DNA from: Tubiluchus corallicola
Taxonomy: Eukaryota; Animalia; Priapulida
DNA: 64,000 nucleotides
Assembly (NCBI GenBank): GCA_030141605.1
Contig: JAQGDQ010002368.1
Location: forward strand, 682,001 to 746,000
Direction of reading: 5' to 3'
Each line of letters opens with the position of its first letter. The first letter of the stretch is position 1. The notes under the pieces are model-generated. The model did not search any database. It was not told the origin of the DNA and was given only the letters and a program-made list of their open reading frames with translations. Shown here in pieces: positions 12,701 to 26,569 of this stretch. A program made the position numbers and the translations under genes.

Positions 12701-15700
12701 AAAGATACGAATACGAGAGAATGACATTTATATCCTCTATAATAGGGCTACATGTCTGTGTATTTGATAAAAGCGCGCTTCTGTTTTAATGCATTTTATA
12801 CAAATATAAGCATTTCATCATTTGCTTTTCTACATTTGCAGTGTGACCAACTGTGAGGTTAGGATAGATCCACGAAAAATGAAGTAAAATCTATGGATTA
12901 CGGATATAGTTATCGATATCAAATTTTATGTCCACGGCAATCCGGCTTATTATCACGCGGATTTTTAATAATATGAGACTATTATATTGAAATGACACTG
13001 CCAAGTAGGCTTTAATAACGGAATTATTAAACTAAAATAATTTATAAAAAATAATCTTCGTGTTTGTGATGGTACAAAACCACTGTAATAATAATCTTGA
13101 CGTTAAGATTACAATAGTTATTCTTCATGTTTAGTTTTTCAATAAGAAAATGAATTTTCCTTTTTTCCTTTTAGCCTAACTAGGACTTGGTCATCCTTAC
13201 ATGGTAATAAAAGTTGTGTCATTTTTTATGACCTCGTTGTCCATTCCGCACCTTGGAAAGATGGGAAGGGTTTCTATTAAACAAATGGCTTAACAGAAAT
13301 TTTGATGACATTTGCAATGGCAAGATACAATATCTCCTTCTACAAAATCTGTGGTCATATCTCGTGTACGATGTGTCAAGCGGTCATATTAGATTTGCAC
13401 AACGGCAGAAAACGCTGACGAACAATAATTATGGCTGGAAATTACAAACGATGAAGCCATCTGCTACCCAATCATCAAGTGACCACCGCATGATCTTGTA
13501 CTTATTAGACGTTGTTGTTCAAATGTCTGAGCAGTCTCAAACTCAAGCAAACACCTAAACATAATGCGTTTATTATTCATGAATAAGTAATTGTTAACAG
13601 CTTTGCCTTTCTAGAATTCGTTCGCTGCTTCGCTGTTATTACTTTATTATAAATGTCTATGACACTATGGCTTCATTGCACACAGTATACATTTGAAGAA
13701 ATAACCAGTAACCCAGAAACGACACTATACTGAAAATTTTTCCTGCATGTTGTTATGTCTTAAACTACAGGGACGAAATAAAATAGATATTTTTGGAGAA
13801 TGAAGCCAAAAAAACAAAATATTTTTAATTCAGTACTAACAAAGTAATTGAAATAATTATATAAAACTATTTTTAACAAAACAGTTGAATTTAATTTCTG
13901 CGCAGAACACTAAGATCGTTAACGGCATTTGTAAAAATAATAGTGCACAAATAATAAACGCCGTATAAGAGCAATTATAAAAAGTATGCACAAGAAAATC
14001 AAAAGCTTAAAATTCATACCATAAAAACACTTCACATGTACCAGCCTATCAATGTTCTAGTGGTCTAATTTATATATTGCAGTTAGAGAATGTTTCAGAA
14101 CATTATAGCAGCAACACCGCTATGTACATGTCATTTCAGATTATTCTGCATTGTTACATGTACAGATGTCCCACGGATGACGTAAACAAAACTACAAATT
14201 GAATATTCAGATTTATTATTATTCAAGTGTGCAAGTGTTCTGTACAATGTTTTCAGTGGCCGTTGTGGCAATTTTATAATGTAAAATGAAAACAATTCAC
14301 GTCCAAGCAAGGGGTAATTTAACGATTTTGTGGGTATTTAAACATAAATTGTAAAATATTAATATATCGCGTGAAAATATGAAAAAAGCTATAGGCCGAA
14401 TTGCTGTCACAACAAATCTGGAACTACACACTTCATGCTATCAACAACTATTCATCAGTCTAACCTCCATGTCTTACCAATGCTACTCATCCACCAATAT
14501 CAATAATGCGCACAGTTTCCACGTAGTGTATTAAAAAAACATAACTTTGTTTGTTCCCAATTAAAATCTTAATCTTCATATTGTAAAAAAATTGTCGAAG
14601 TCGCTATTTAAACTTCACGCATAGCGATTTTCATTTGCGTAACCGGTTGAGAAATTTGATGTGAGTAGAGCCATTCCTAACATGCAAACACAGCATTTAT
14701 AAGATTGAAACCAAGGCACACGTGAAATTACTTCCTAATTACAAAGAGCCTGCAAAATACGTAGGAAATCTTGTTTTGATTAAAAACTGCAGATGCACGA
14801 AAGAAAACAATTTCATCTTTAGTAACAAACAGTTTCATCTTCAGGGACAATTTGGCGTCCATTTATGTTGATCGTCTAACGCCAAGTCTATTGTGCGTGA
14901 CATTCAAGTCTTAGGCAGCTTATCTGAGTTTGTCAAACTGCATATCAACACAGAAGCTCTATATATCATTCGTACATGTCATTGGACAGATTGCCTTTGC
15001 TTTGCATTCATTATCGTACACAAGAAAGCATTATTTTTGCTGAAATGCGCGCACGTTCATGCGATCAATACGCAGTACTCAAGTGTAGTGCAATAACGAA
15101 TACTCAAGCAAAACACGAATACAATTCCGAGTTTATTCGTCAAAGAAATCTTCTTTGACGAAAAGCGGTTTCCACATTTCTATTCTTTGAGTTTTTCCCC
15201 ATTGCGTGAACATGGGGATGACAAAATAATTAAATAACTTATAAAACTTCAAACAACAATAACTTTCAAAAACTATTAATAGCGCCAATCCGTTATTCTT
15301 CGGCCTGTCTTACTAGACTAAGGAGTTAAGACACTTTGATAATGAGCACATTAGTGGCAGACACTTGACAGTGATCACTTCAGCAATTTATAACGGACAC
15401 TTGGACAGTGGACTCTTGGGCAGTGAAAATCTAGATAATTGGACAGTTAAGCATTTTGGGTATGGATACATAAACAATGTAATATTATGCGTCAAGCTTG
15501 GCCATTTCTGGATGAACAATTTCCAGGCAAAAGCTGTTAGGAAAATTCTTCTCCAGATGGCACGTCCTTACACTTTGGAAATCTGGCTAAAATTAGGGGA
15601 TATTCACGCCACAAACACTATTCAATAAAAGCGGTTTTTTCAAATCGGTAGTTTTAGAGAAACTATTCTAAGGCTAAGTAGTCGTCATGCTGTAATCATA

Positions 15701-18700
15701 TTTTAACGCTTACTTTGCAGTGAAATTACCTTGTCAAAAAAGGCCAAACCCTTTTCAGTCAGTGTTTTACAGTGAGCGGCCGCAATTCAACTGTAGACCT
15801 GCCTGTTAATGTTAAATGGTTGTGGCGAGACGAAATCCAGCCCATTGTGAAGGGCAGTATTGTAAGATAAGACAGCATATGTGTGTCGTTAATAGGACAA
15901 ATTGTCCTCGGTAGTATGGCAGATAGCACAGGTGTTTTAGATTGCATTCTAAAATACTTTTTATATAGTACGAAAAACCAAGGCTGTGTTCTACCGTGTT
16001 ATAGCTGATATTGCAATAAACGCTTGTATTTTAACACAAAAAATTAACACATATTGCAATAAAAAATAAACGCGCAATGTAATATAAATAACCGATACTG
16101 GTCGCATAATAAAAGTAACCGATACTAACGCATAATGTTAGACCCCCAAAATAACGTAATAACAAAAATTCTAACCTAATGTAATAACAAGTAGAATTAA
16201 TGTTACTTGGTACAGTTTTCTTATAATATGTATTAAAATATTTTTGATTTTTTTGGAATATGAAGAGGTGCGTATTAGTTCCTGGACATCGCAACCCTCT
16301 TCAACGATTTACCATCAGCGCAGTGAGTCAATGACGGCTCATTTAATCAACTAACCGCTCCACTTCTTTGTGGTATGATGTTGTTGTTGTTTTTCCTTGG
16401 TTCATGACTGCTTTTTCACTGACGTATCAAGTATTTAATCCAATGACTGAATTAACACTCACGCACGAACACCAACACGCATACTCGGTACTTTTAATAC
16501 ACTTTTGGAAGACATTATTTAACACAGGAGTCTACATCTATGGAAACAAATAGTAACATAGTTAAAGGGTCAGTATAAGTGCTTTACGCCTGCTGGTTTC
16601 CAAATATTTTTAAAATATATACTTTATAAGCAGCTATAAAGTTTCAAATTAGTAGTTTCTGTGTGAGCACTAGCGGAAACGGATCCGATTATTTATTGGT
16701 TATATGAATGTAAAATATCATAGTCGAATACACGAGTTTTATCCAAATTACGAGTCTTTTAAAATTTTTAACATAATGCTACACTGAGTTAAAGGCATGT
16801 AAATAACTATTGTGTTCAGACACATTTCTACTAGAATACCGCTGTAGGCCTACGCATGGTATGTATAAACTATATGAGAAGTGCCGGTTAAAATTAACTT
16901 GAACTAGTGAGGCAACATCACTTTCAAACCGAGTCAAGAAATACGCCATTCCCACGTAGTCCCTCAACACTACACTATTGGTACCAGGTATCACTAATTT
17001 AGTTAGTTATCACATTGTTTTGTGGTTTTATAATATACGCTGCTCTTCGGGTTATCACATTATGTGTCAACTTTTATTAGATTATGCGTTATTTTTTCCT
17101 GGACTACACAATATCGGGCGCTAAGTACATTACCAGTTGTAACAAGCAATTTTATTACAATACTGTATATCGTAAATTTTTAAGCATCAACGGTGCACTT
17201 TGTTAATTTAATTTAAAGCACTTGAATAGGGTTATCAGAACTTCATTGCAAACTTATTGTGCATTATAGCCTAACCAGTTAATGAATCAGAATTTCAGAA
17301 AGAATGTGGTAATTACGAGTCGTTCTTGGCCGTTACTACCCCAAATACGGACGATTACTGTCACTCTACTAGTCGTATAATCAAGTTATATGAGCACTGC
17401 AAAAGAGCATTAATCTTTAATGCATCCTTTCGACTTTTTTATTCTTTCGCACGTGGCTTGTTTTCAGAAGCCTAATTCCCAAGAGTTATACCAGGGGTGT
17501 CATAAACTGCTAGACGAAGCCATACTGAGTTAATAGTTCGTACAGTTTGCAAATGAACAATTTATGCTTGCCGGTAGGGCAAATCAAGTAATTGCAGTTT
17601 GTTGCGGACACCGGGCACATCGCGAAGACGTTAATCGTTCTCGTGCACAGCTGCTGAAATCAATAAGTCATGTGCGCTATTGGTCTTCTTCATTTCAGAT
17701 AATAGGATATTGTTGCGGTTGCTTGACACTCTGCTTGACGCACAGGTTTTGAGCAAGCTTGATTACTTGCGACAACTGTACGCGGTAAACTCTAATCGTA
17801 CCGCACACGTTGTCCCTTGACTCTCTATGCAGTTGTTGCAACCTTATATGTAAGGTAAACGCTAACCATACTAAATGTTCAAACCGCTTAATCAGCCGCA
17901 AAGGCTTCAACTAGTTTTGTAGTTCCATATGAAAGAAATCTAATAAGCTATGCTTAATATTACACTGATGATTTACCTGAGGCCTTGCTGCCATAATGAT
18001 TAAGCAATAAACAAAAAGCGGTATTTAACGAATACACCATATCCAAGTCAAACAATTGCACTAAATGGCTTCATAGACTGTCTTTACCAAGAACTGACCT
18101 ATGACAGCAATTTTATCTGCTATATTCAATGAAACTGCAAAGATGATTAAAATGCCCGCTCCAAACTTATCTCCAGACTCAGTGCTTATCAAGGGAAAAC
18201 GTCCTGTTCAGACCGATTTGTTCTAGATGTCTTGATCGAGAAATGACCATTAGGAAATCGTTGGTGGCTTTCTGCTAAACAGTAATATTCCGCATAAATT
18301 ACACTTAATCAACGGAATGTTAATTCCAACCCAATCCTAAGAATTAGTGCCATGTCGTTCTGCGGGCTACAATAGAAAAGTTGTCCCTGTCACTACAAAT
18401 TTATCTGTAATTTTCTGCTAGAGAACTTCAAGTGCCAAAGATGACACTTGAAAACTGACACTCCATCAACAGAAAATGTCCAGGGCCATCTTAAGGCACG
18501 GTACACAGGATAGTTGCCATGAACACTTGTTGCTATTTTGCGCATCTCGTTTCAGCATGTTTTTCGTTGATTTTGTCAAAAATAGTTGTATTAAAAGCAC
18601 TCTTCACCGAATTTTTAGGCTTACTTGATGGCCGTTAAGCTTACTTTAACATTTTGGTTCCACATGTGGCAAAATAGAGGCCTACATTGCTTTTAAGATG

Positions 18701-21700
18701 ACATTGAAGACATCAGCGGCAAAACTTGATGTGAACATTTCTATAGTGACTGCCCAAATCAAATATGATCAGGAATGTCGTTCATGATTTTCTATTATAA
18801 TAGGTCACGCATATAATGGGCTAACATATACGTGCTAAGGCACAGAAATCCACCGATTTGGATTAACCCAATTGGATCTAATTGCCAGGCCAAAAATTAC
18901 AAATGCAAGTCTTAGTAGTAGGTGCAACGCAGTGTTCACTTTTCCACGTGCTTATCCTATAACGTTGTTCCTTGTTCTTAGGTTTTGAAGATTACTTCGT
19001 TGACGATTACAACATGTAAAACTAATCATTTATGTTCAGTAAAGCTTTCCATACAACTTAATTAGTGCTCCATCCGCAATGTGTTTGTCACAATTAGCAT
19101 TGATCCATTCTCATACTAAACAGTAGTTAGGAAAAATGTAGGTACCAGTCCAAAAAACCGCACACGTCTTCGAACCTATGCCCAATTTAGTGGCAATAGC
19201 TGTTGTCATGTTCTTGTGGTCTTCAAACCAAAGATTATGTTAATTTTGCTTTGTCTTTAGTGACTAAATAGACTTCACTCCTAGGTATACTTACAAGCTT
19301 TTGTGATCCTAAATCTAGACATCATGAAATCATTTCACGTCAGAGACTAAAAATAAAATCCATTCCCGACCATTTGAAACTGCAAATAGGTCGTAGAGGG
19401 ACCCTAGTTGAAAGAGGGTGTGTAAACCATCCAATCAACAACTTCTGTCTCTTCAGTGTCAAAGTTTAGAAGTTTATGCTTGTAGTAAGAGCTACATTCC
19501 TCTTCTTCCACATTATTAATAGATCTTGCGGCCGCCTTGAGATTTGACAAAAATGCAAAGCATCAATCACCGGCGCTGATTAAACTTCATTCGAGGAACA
19601 GAGGAACACCAGTTATAGACTAACTATTGTGCACATAGTTAAGCAAACATCACAGCTAATTAGTGTATTCAATACTTGCTCGTTTACCTCAAACTTTTTC
19701 TCGAAAGATGTCATGATTCGTATAGCACTATAACGATTGTATTCAGAACCCATCAATGCGTTCCCAGCAGTTGTTTATTCTGCAGCAAAGTTTTAATATT
19801 CTGAACAAGCTAATTTCGTTGCTGTTTGATTAATAGGTTTTTATATTGTAACCTAACAGTAGAGCTACTCATATTCTAAATTTTTGCGGTAAAACGGATC
19901 TATAGCAATGTCAAGCAGCGTTCTAAATTACATATTTACGAAATGGATTATATGGCAACGCTAAAAGATGCTCTAAGCGATGTATATAGACAGTTGATAA
20001 GTTACGAAAAACTTAGTAAGCGAGTAACCCAATACTTCGCGTTCTATACTAGTTTGACAAAAATTTTAGCTTACAGTTTCGCATCTGGTTGGTTTACCAA
20101 AACCAGTTACAATAACACATCATTACATTATTATTATGATTTCCGCAAAACCGCTAGACAGTCAGCAAAAAAACAATTGCTGAAAACATTTTAAATTATT
20201 AAAAATTTTCTTTTCTAGTTACATAAGTCTTTCAAGCAGGTAAGCGAAATAATAAGTAATATAGATTTGCCTGGAAAGTTCTTCGGGACATAATTTAACA
20301 TTTATTTTTCTTCCCCTGATTTACGTAGTGCGTATATGCCGTCGGAACAGTATTGCGGGAGATTTAAAATGAAAACAAAAAAATCCTTTCAGTGCGAGTA
20401 CGATATATAGCATAAAATTGCTACAAACTAACATAATTTTTTTAAGGCAATTTTTCGGAAACTTACTTGAGGTACCCCTTTTCTTGTCCTTTAAGTCTTA
20501 TTAATGTTAAAGTCTTTCTCCATGTTTAAACTCTACACAATACCGAACAGTCTTGTTCCTTCGTGTCCATGCTCCATACATGCAGGGGTATACTGCATAA
20601 TTTAATTTTCGAGATTTACATGACAACCATAATTTACGATGCAATTATTTGTGAACAGCAAATCACATTTGACACAGCAGCGTTGCCGGTTTTCATATAT
20701 CCCTCGAGTCCAAGGTTTGCGCGCTTCCTTCAGCGTACCGCACGTTTTATTTAATTGTAATATTTCACTTCGAAGCGTTCCTAGGTGTATTGTTTTTACT
20801 TGTTGTATCGCAACATGGAGTAGTTTTCTCACTTTTACTATAATCAGCTTGTACTCATACTCTCATACAGACTTGATCTCAAATTTTCTGGCGTAGTATC
20901 AAACCGTAAGCAGTGCTTCAATTGGTAGATGTTATATCCGGATCGCAGAAAAGTTGTCTTTATTAGTGTCGCTTGTTGAAAGTTCTCAGTTTTGCTTTGT
21001 ATTGTCTGACTACGCAGAATAATAATATAAATACACCTGCTTATTAAATTAAGCAATGCAATCATTTCTTAATCATTTCATTTATTTAAATGAATATGAA
21101 AATTTTTAGATCTCTGAAAATTAATGGTTTCTTGATTTCGACAGTGCAATGCATACTTTATAACTAAGAACATTAACTGATAGAAGAACAGAGGAACAAG
21201 AATTAGAATTTTCCAAGTAAAATATTTCAGTCTGAAGTACATTTTCATTTGTTACCTATCAACTCAAATCAGGTCAATTTTACTTAATTAAGAAATTCTA
21301 AAAGCAGAAGATAACTGCAACTTCTATTCTGCCATTCTATATTTTAAACGTCTGTTAAATGGTAATAATCTTATTCAAACCAACAAATAGAATTAAAATG
21401 TTTTATTTGTCTTTTTATGTTTTATTGTTTTTAAATTGTCATTACTTTTATTAATGTATACTCACTATAATCAGCGGTCTGTAATATAAGTGCTAATAAA
21501 CCTCATACATTTCATTACCTGGCATCTACAATATTCGCGCCTGCCTGGGAGAATGCGTGTGTCGAATATCTTTCATCCTTGCGTGGTTTTGATTCCTAGT
21601 TATTCAGTGACATATTATGCAAGTTTAGTGAAATTTTATGATCGTGAAGTATGGTAATAACTATGTCTAAGCAAGCTGCTCCAACATGTAGACATTTTAA

Positions 21701-24700
21701 TGCTCTAAAAGCTGTCGTATAATTTCCCCTTGCAAAATTCAGAAAAGATCAATTCAGCTAAGAATTTTCAACGCGACGAGAGAAATATGAAAGAACGTAA
21801 AAGAGCGGAAAATACTTAATTTTGCGGTTGCGTCCGTCTAAATAGATGTTTCTTACAGCTCTCAGACTGCAGAATATTGATCAACCCTCAGAGGAAAATG
21901 TTAAATATATTCGCCGCCAAATGGGTTCCAGAAGTTCGAAAAAATCGAATATGGAATCGGTTAGAATATTGGAAGGCGACATATGAATAAAAATATCATC
22001 AAGATGTCTTTATTTTGACTGAAACAAGTTCCAGTAGAAACGGCGGCGTTTGGCCACCTAAGTTAAGATAGCGCCGAGTCGGGTCATCCCCCTGGGGATA
22101 TTCACTCACAGTGATGATTTGGACTGTTCATCTCGAAAATGGGAGATGCATACACATCCGAACGGTTGAGGTCATTTTAGAGGCACAGCCTTGATAATGA
22201 GTCTGGCCTCGGTCTCGCCACAACAATTTAATTCTGAGTAGGACCTGCCGCTGAATGTTGGATTTTGACTTGCAGTTCCTAGACAGTTATCCAAAGAGAA
22301 AGAACTATAAGCATAACGCAACTTTTGCAGACGGTCATGCCACTATGTAACCTAACTTAGAATGTGCTGAACTATATGAAATTTTTTTTTAAAGATATCT
22401 ATCAAACCCGAATAAAAACTATTTTACATACTAGAAAATATGCCTTGAATGAAAAAAACAAACAAACAAATAAAAATGACGGACAGCACCCACTTAAGCA
22501 AAGACCTGGGCTTTATTCAAACACAGCATCTGCAACGTTTTGATAAAGTTCAGTTCCTGTTCTCTGACCAATGCCTGTAGAATCGTTCGATTCTAATTAA
22601 GCTGTTTTAATTATATAGCAAAAAATAACTCGGCGTCGATTTAACTTCATCAGTTAAACTTGCGTTAAAGCACAAGAAAACACGCTTCATAAATAAAGAT
22701 TGAAAATCGTCTTGAAATTTTAATCACTTACGTGTTATGTTATTGCATACAGGGCTTGCAGTAACGCTGTATAAAACTTGTAAATTTAAACTCCCGCGGT
22801 GAACGTCATGCTCAGCCATTTTAACGGCAAATCGTTTGAAGCAAGTTCAGATAACAAGGTGTAAAGCTTGAAAAAATAATCAAAGCATTTGTAGAAAACT
22901 TTTGACTAACTGAGCAAAATGTGATTACTTTATATGTATTGTCAGTAAGATGTAGTGCCGTTTTACAAGGTGGAGCGAATACTTTAAATTATTAAGAATT
23001 TTCTCTTTCAACTACAGAAGTCTTTCAAACAAGTAAGCGTAATGCTAGGTGATTTAAGTTTGTATGGAAAGTTCTTTGGGATATACTTTAAAATTCTCTT
23101 TTCTTTCCATTTAAATTATCTTTAGCTTAATTATTAAATTATGATTTTGGAAAATAAACAGATTCCTATTGGAGAAACAAACTAAAAAACTCAATGAATG
23201 CTAATTTGCTGCCCCATTGACAAAATTAACAGCCATCATGATACGTGGCAATTGTGTGTTGTTGAATTAAAACTAGTGGATGTGCTCGAAATTATGATTA
23301 ATAAGAGGTTAATTAAATAACAAGGTAAAAATACAGTGCAAAATGTCACGTTTCTCTGGGAGTTTGATTCATTTATACATCGTTCTGGGAAGAGCGTATA
23401 ATATTTAGAAAAATGACTTAAAAATAATGTTCTGACGTGGCAGTAATAATAGTGTGCAAAAGTAAAGCAAATAGTTTACCTACATATACATACAAACACG
23501 ATCAGGTAGCCCGTCAGGTAAAAATTTTACCTGCTACAAATAGTTAATAAATACAAGTTCGCTTTTTAACTGCACATCACGGTTTTCGAAAAATGACAGG
23601 ATCGCCATTCGGAAAATAATGACAAGAACAAATTTAGTTATCATATCATCTTGATACAAGAAGTGCTTTTTTAATATTATGAGTCTTGTGCCAGGCGCTG
23701 TAGTTTACTGGAACAATACATATGAGGGTTCGACAGCGCTGTTTCCCTGCTGCTATACTGCCTGTTGTATAGGCATGGTAATAAGGGTAATAATAATAAT
23801 AATCTCTGTTTGTTATTTATATTCAGTCAAAAGAGCATAATAGCAGAACAGCTTGCTCAATCGTGTTGTATGTATTAACCTTAAACCCGACTTTAATGAG
23901 TAGAAAACAGATTAGTATTCTAAATAATAAAAAAGTCACATAATAAGGAAAACAAAAGATGCACGACATTTCAGCCCGCCACTATATATTATCTTTATGT
24001 GAAAATGAAAAGACACAAACGATCACTAAACACAATTTTTTTTATTTATAATATAAACACATTCACCAAAAACCATAGAAAAACCACATGTGAAGAGATG
24101 CACTCACAGAAGAAGCACAGTGTGTTTACATTGTGCTCAGTAATCAAAAACCAGAGAAGTCCGAAAAACGCAAAAAACACTAGTAATAACAACAGAATTC
24201 TACTTTATATATTTTGTTTTACACCCCGGTGCTATTGGGACATCTGTTGCTACAATGCGTTACTGTTTGTTTTGTTTCTTTTGTTGCATTTGCTTACTGT
24301 ATCCCTTCTTCGGTGACTGTGGTTCTTCGCGTAAGGTTCTTAGATCTTTAGTGAATGTGAAAATCCAAAATAATAATGTTTTGTGATCGACTGCGCTTCC
24401 TTTACACCTGAAGATAATCCATAGTGGTGCATTTAGTCGTTGTATATCTTTTATTTTCTTTATTGTTTAAGTACTTTTATTAATGAACTTATTATCTCTG
24501 TGTTAATATTCTTAGTGTAGGGATATTTGTTTCAGGTTGTGATAACATTGACGAAACTAGGCTACCAGTTAAAGATCTCAACTGTGATGTATATAATGCT
24601 CAGCACGTCACTTCCTGGCCTGTTCAATCCGTTCCTCTATGGCTTCCTAGCTCAATCGTACCGGGATGGGTACAGGAAGACCGTCACTGCACTTTGCTGC

Positions 24701-26569
24701 GGCGGCCTGAGAGAAACAGATAATCAGCTAAGAGAATCAAGAGGTTTGTGGTTTTGAGCAAATTCACGTTTTGTAACTAGTGTTAATACTTACAAGCAAC
24801 TGCGTCTCATGTCAATCGTTTTCAATGCAAACTAGTCAAAGATGTTTCTTCCAGCAGCTGATATAGTTTCTCACTTCTGTATGGAGCATAATGCTCAGCA
24901 TTTTTGCTTCTAGTTCCTCTGCATCAAATCTCTCTTTGAGGCTCTTGATTTCTTTATTGTTTTGCAAGAATATATTAGCACGTTGCTGGCACGTTGTATT
25001 TATATTTCAACATGGCTGTTTTCCCGTTGATTATTAGTTGACATTGTTCGAGAATTTAAATTTTTAACAAAGGCTTTTCATCTATAACTTAAAAATTACT
25101 AAAACTATAAACTAAAACTAGTAACTTTCGCAGCGAAAAGGTAATGTATTGTAATATTAAGCTTTGAAATTTCAACTTTGTTAGGGGACTTGCTTCTAAT
25201 ATTATTGTTGTCGAAACTTCAGCACGTTTTTTCTGCGCTACCTGATAAAATAAATAAATTTTAAAGTAAACAAATATTCGGCGTTTTTGACTTTATATTT
25301 AGCTTTTGATTTTCTAATTACACGTCTTGTCAACACTAATTTTGGTTATGGCGAAGTATTAGGTTAACATTTCCTTTTTATCCACTGGCCTTTTAAGCTA
25401 CCATTATTTACAGACATTTGTTTATACGTTTTTAAAAAATCTATAGCGAGTAAAAGATGAGGCAAACGAACAAAATTTAACCAGCTCTTGAGGACATTTT
25501 GTCCTTGTTGATCTTTCTGGCTTTTGATCATTAACTATGTTTAATTTTTAAAACTTTATTTGTGGTACCGCCGATTGAAAAATCTATCGCAGTACAAAGA
25601 TTTTAATATGATGAACTTTCACTGAGAAACGCAAGGCTTAACTATTTGCTTTACCTCGTTACAGAAACCAGCCATATCAATGGCTCAGTGGTGCAGGGGA
25701 ACACGGAGACAGCTGTAACAGAGCAGATAGGCACAGAGAGTGCTTCCTTGCTACAAGCCGACAATGGCTCAGCTAACATGCCAAGATCTGACTCGAACTA
25801 CACAGCAGTGGGCAGTGAATACTGTGCCATTCGGCGCAGTGATACTGTCATGTCACATCTGCAAAGTCCCACCAACGGAGAAATGAAAGTCATTGGGTCA
25901 TCATCTACGTCAGGCGATACGAACTCTGTGGCAAGTGCAAACGCTTGTAAGCAGTGCAGAAACAGCTACACGACTCCCGGCGACGCCAGTACACCTGCTT
26001 GCCGATTCAGAACATTCCATCAAAATGACAATTTATTAGATGCAAACATGGCTGAACAAACAGAGGCCAGCGTGTACACAAATGGCGACCGCAATAACGG
26101 TTATGCATGCGCCGAACGCTATCTCGACTACGACTCGTCGTCTTCTGTGGGGGATACGTATTTTATTGCGCGCAATCTGAAGAATTGTAAGCCGGATTTG
26201 TGGAAGCAGAATAGCGTTGATTCGTTTCAGGGGTGGAAACCTTCGAGTGGCGCACCCATGTTAACAGGACAGTATGTACACGATGAACAGGCTTTGCTAC
26301 AAGAAGATCAGGTAGGCGGGGCATCTGGACAGCCGTTTTTAAAATACTATGATCTCAATGAAGGCACTCCAGATTCCAAGCCCTCTAGTCGTGCCAAGCC
26401 CACCGGTTCGAAGCCTGCAGGAGGACAGATTTATGCTACCATTGATAAGTCAAAGCAACACTACGGTACGAAATCACTACCTAATTACGCGAAATCCAGT
26501 GCACATTTGGCCAGGTCTTACAACAGAAATGTTAGAAGTGGAAGTAATTTTGGTGAGAGTGTCATCTGA
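8964..26569 (+). CDS. Class A (rhodopsin-like) GPCR, prostanoid/EP4-receptor-like, 632 aa; join(8964..9749,24536..24743,25665..26569)
   Basis: Seven TMs across exons; ECL1/TM3 QEWWGGERTCYF resembles EP4 GQWPGGQPLCEY; DRA at the DRY position, WLP in TM6, NPFLY in TM7; phase-0 intron at end of TM6 as in prostanoid receptor genes; GT-AG sites, phases 0 and 1 consistent, total 1899 nt. Confidence 0.88.
10970..11600 (+). pseudogene. Decayed relic of a repeat-borne XPG/FEN-like + C-terminal CXC protein
   Basis: Frameshifted motifs in expected order: VYDISDMKQAL, (C)DTxxRIFxVGK, LRYDLFSKK, SAKSFLTPECLPFTKSSTKCYCLRAYYQLIV*MG, APPE, CMRSRCSCRGHPLPC. Confidence 0.6.
24536..24743 (+). CDS. GPCR coding exon 2 (TM7, helix 8)
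   Basis: Acceptor TTTGTTTCAG; VVITL...LPGLFNPFLYGFL...ALCCGG; phase-1 donor GTTTGT. Confidence 0.9.
25665..26569 (+). CDS. GPCR coding exon 3 (long cytoplasmic tail)
   Basis: Acceptor TTACAG at 25664 in phase 1; open 300-codon frame ending GESVI*. Confidence 0.82.

Noticed and set aside
18600-19620. Coding-like minus-strand tract with faint Ulp1-protease-like words
   Set aside because: Too many stops and no complete catalytic motif; cannot be supported without BLASTX.
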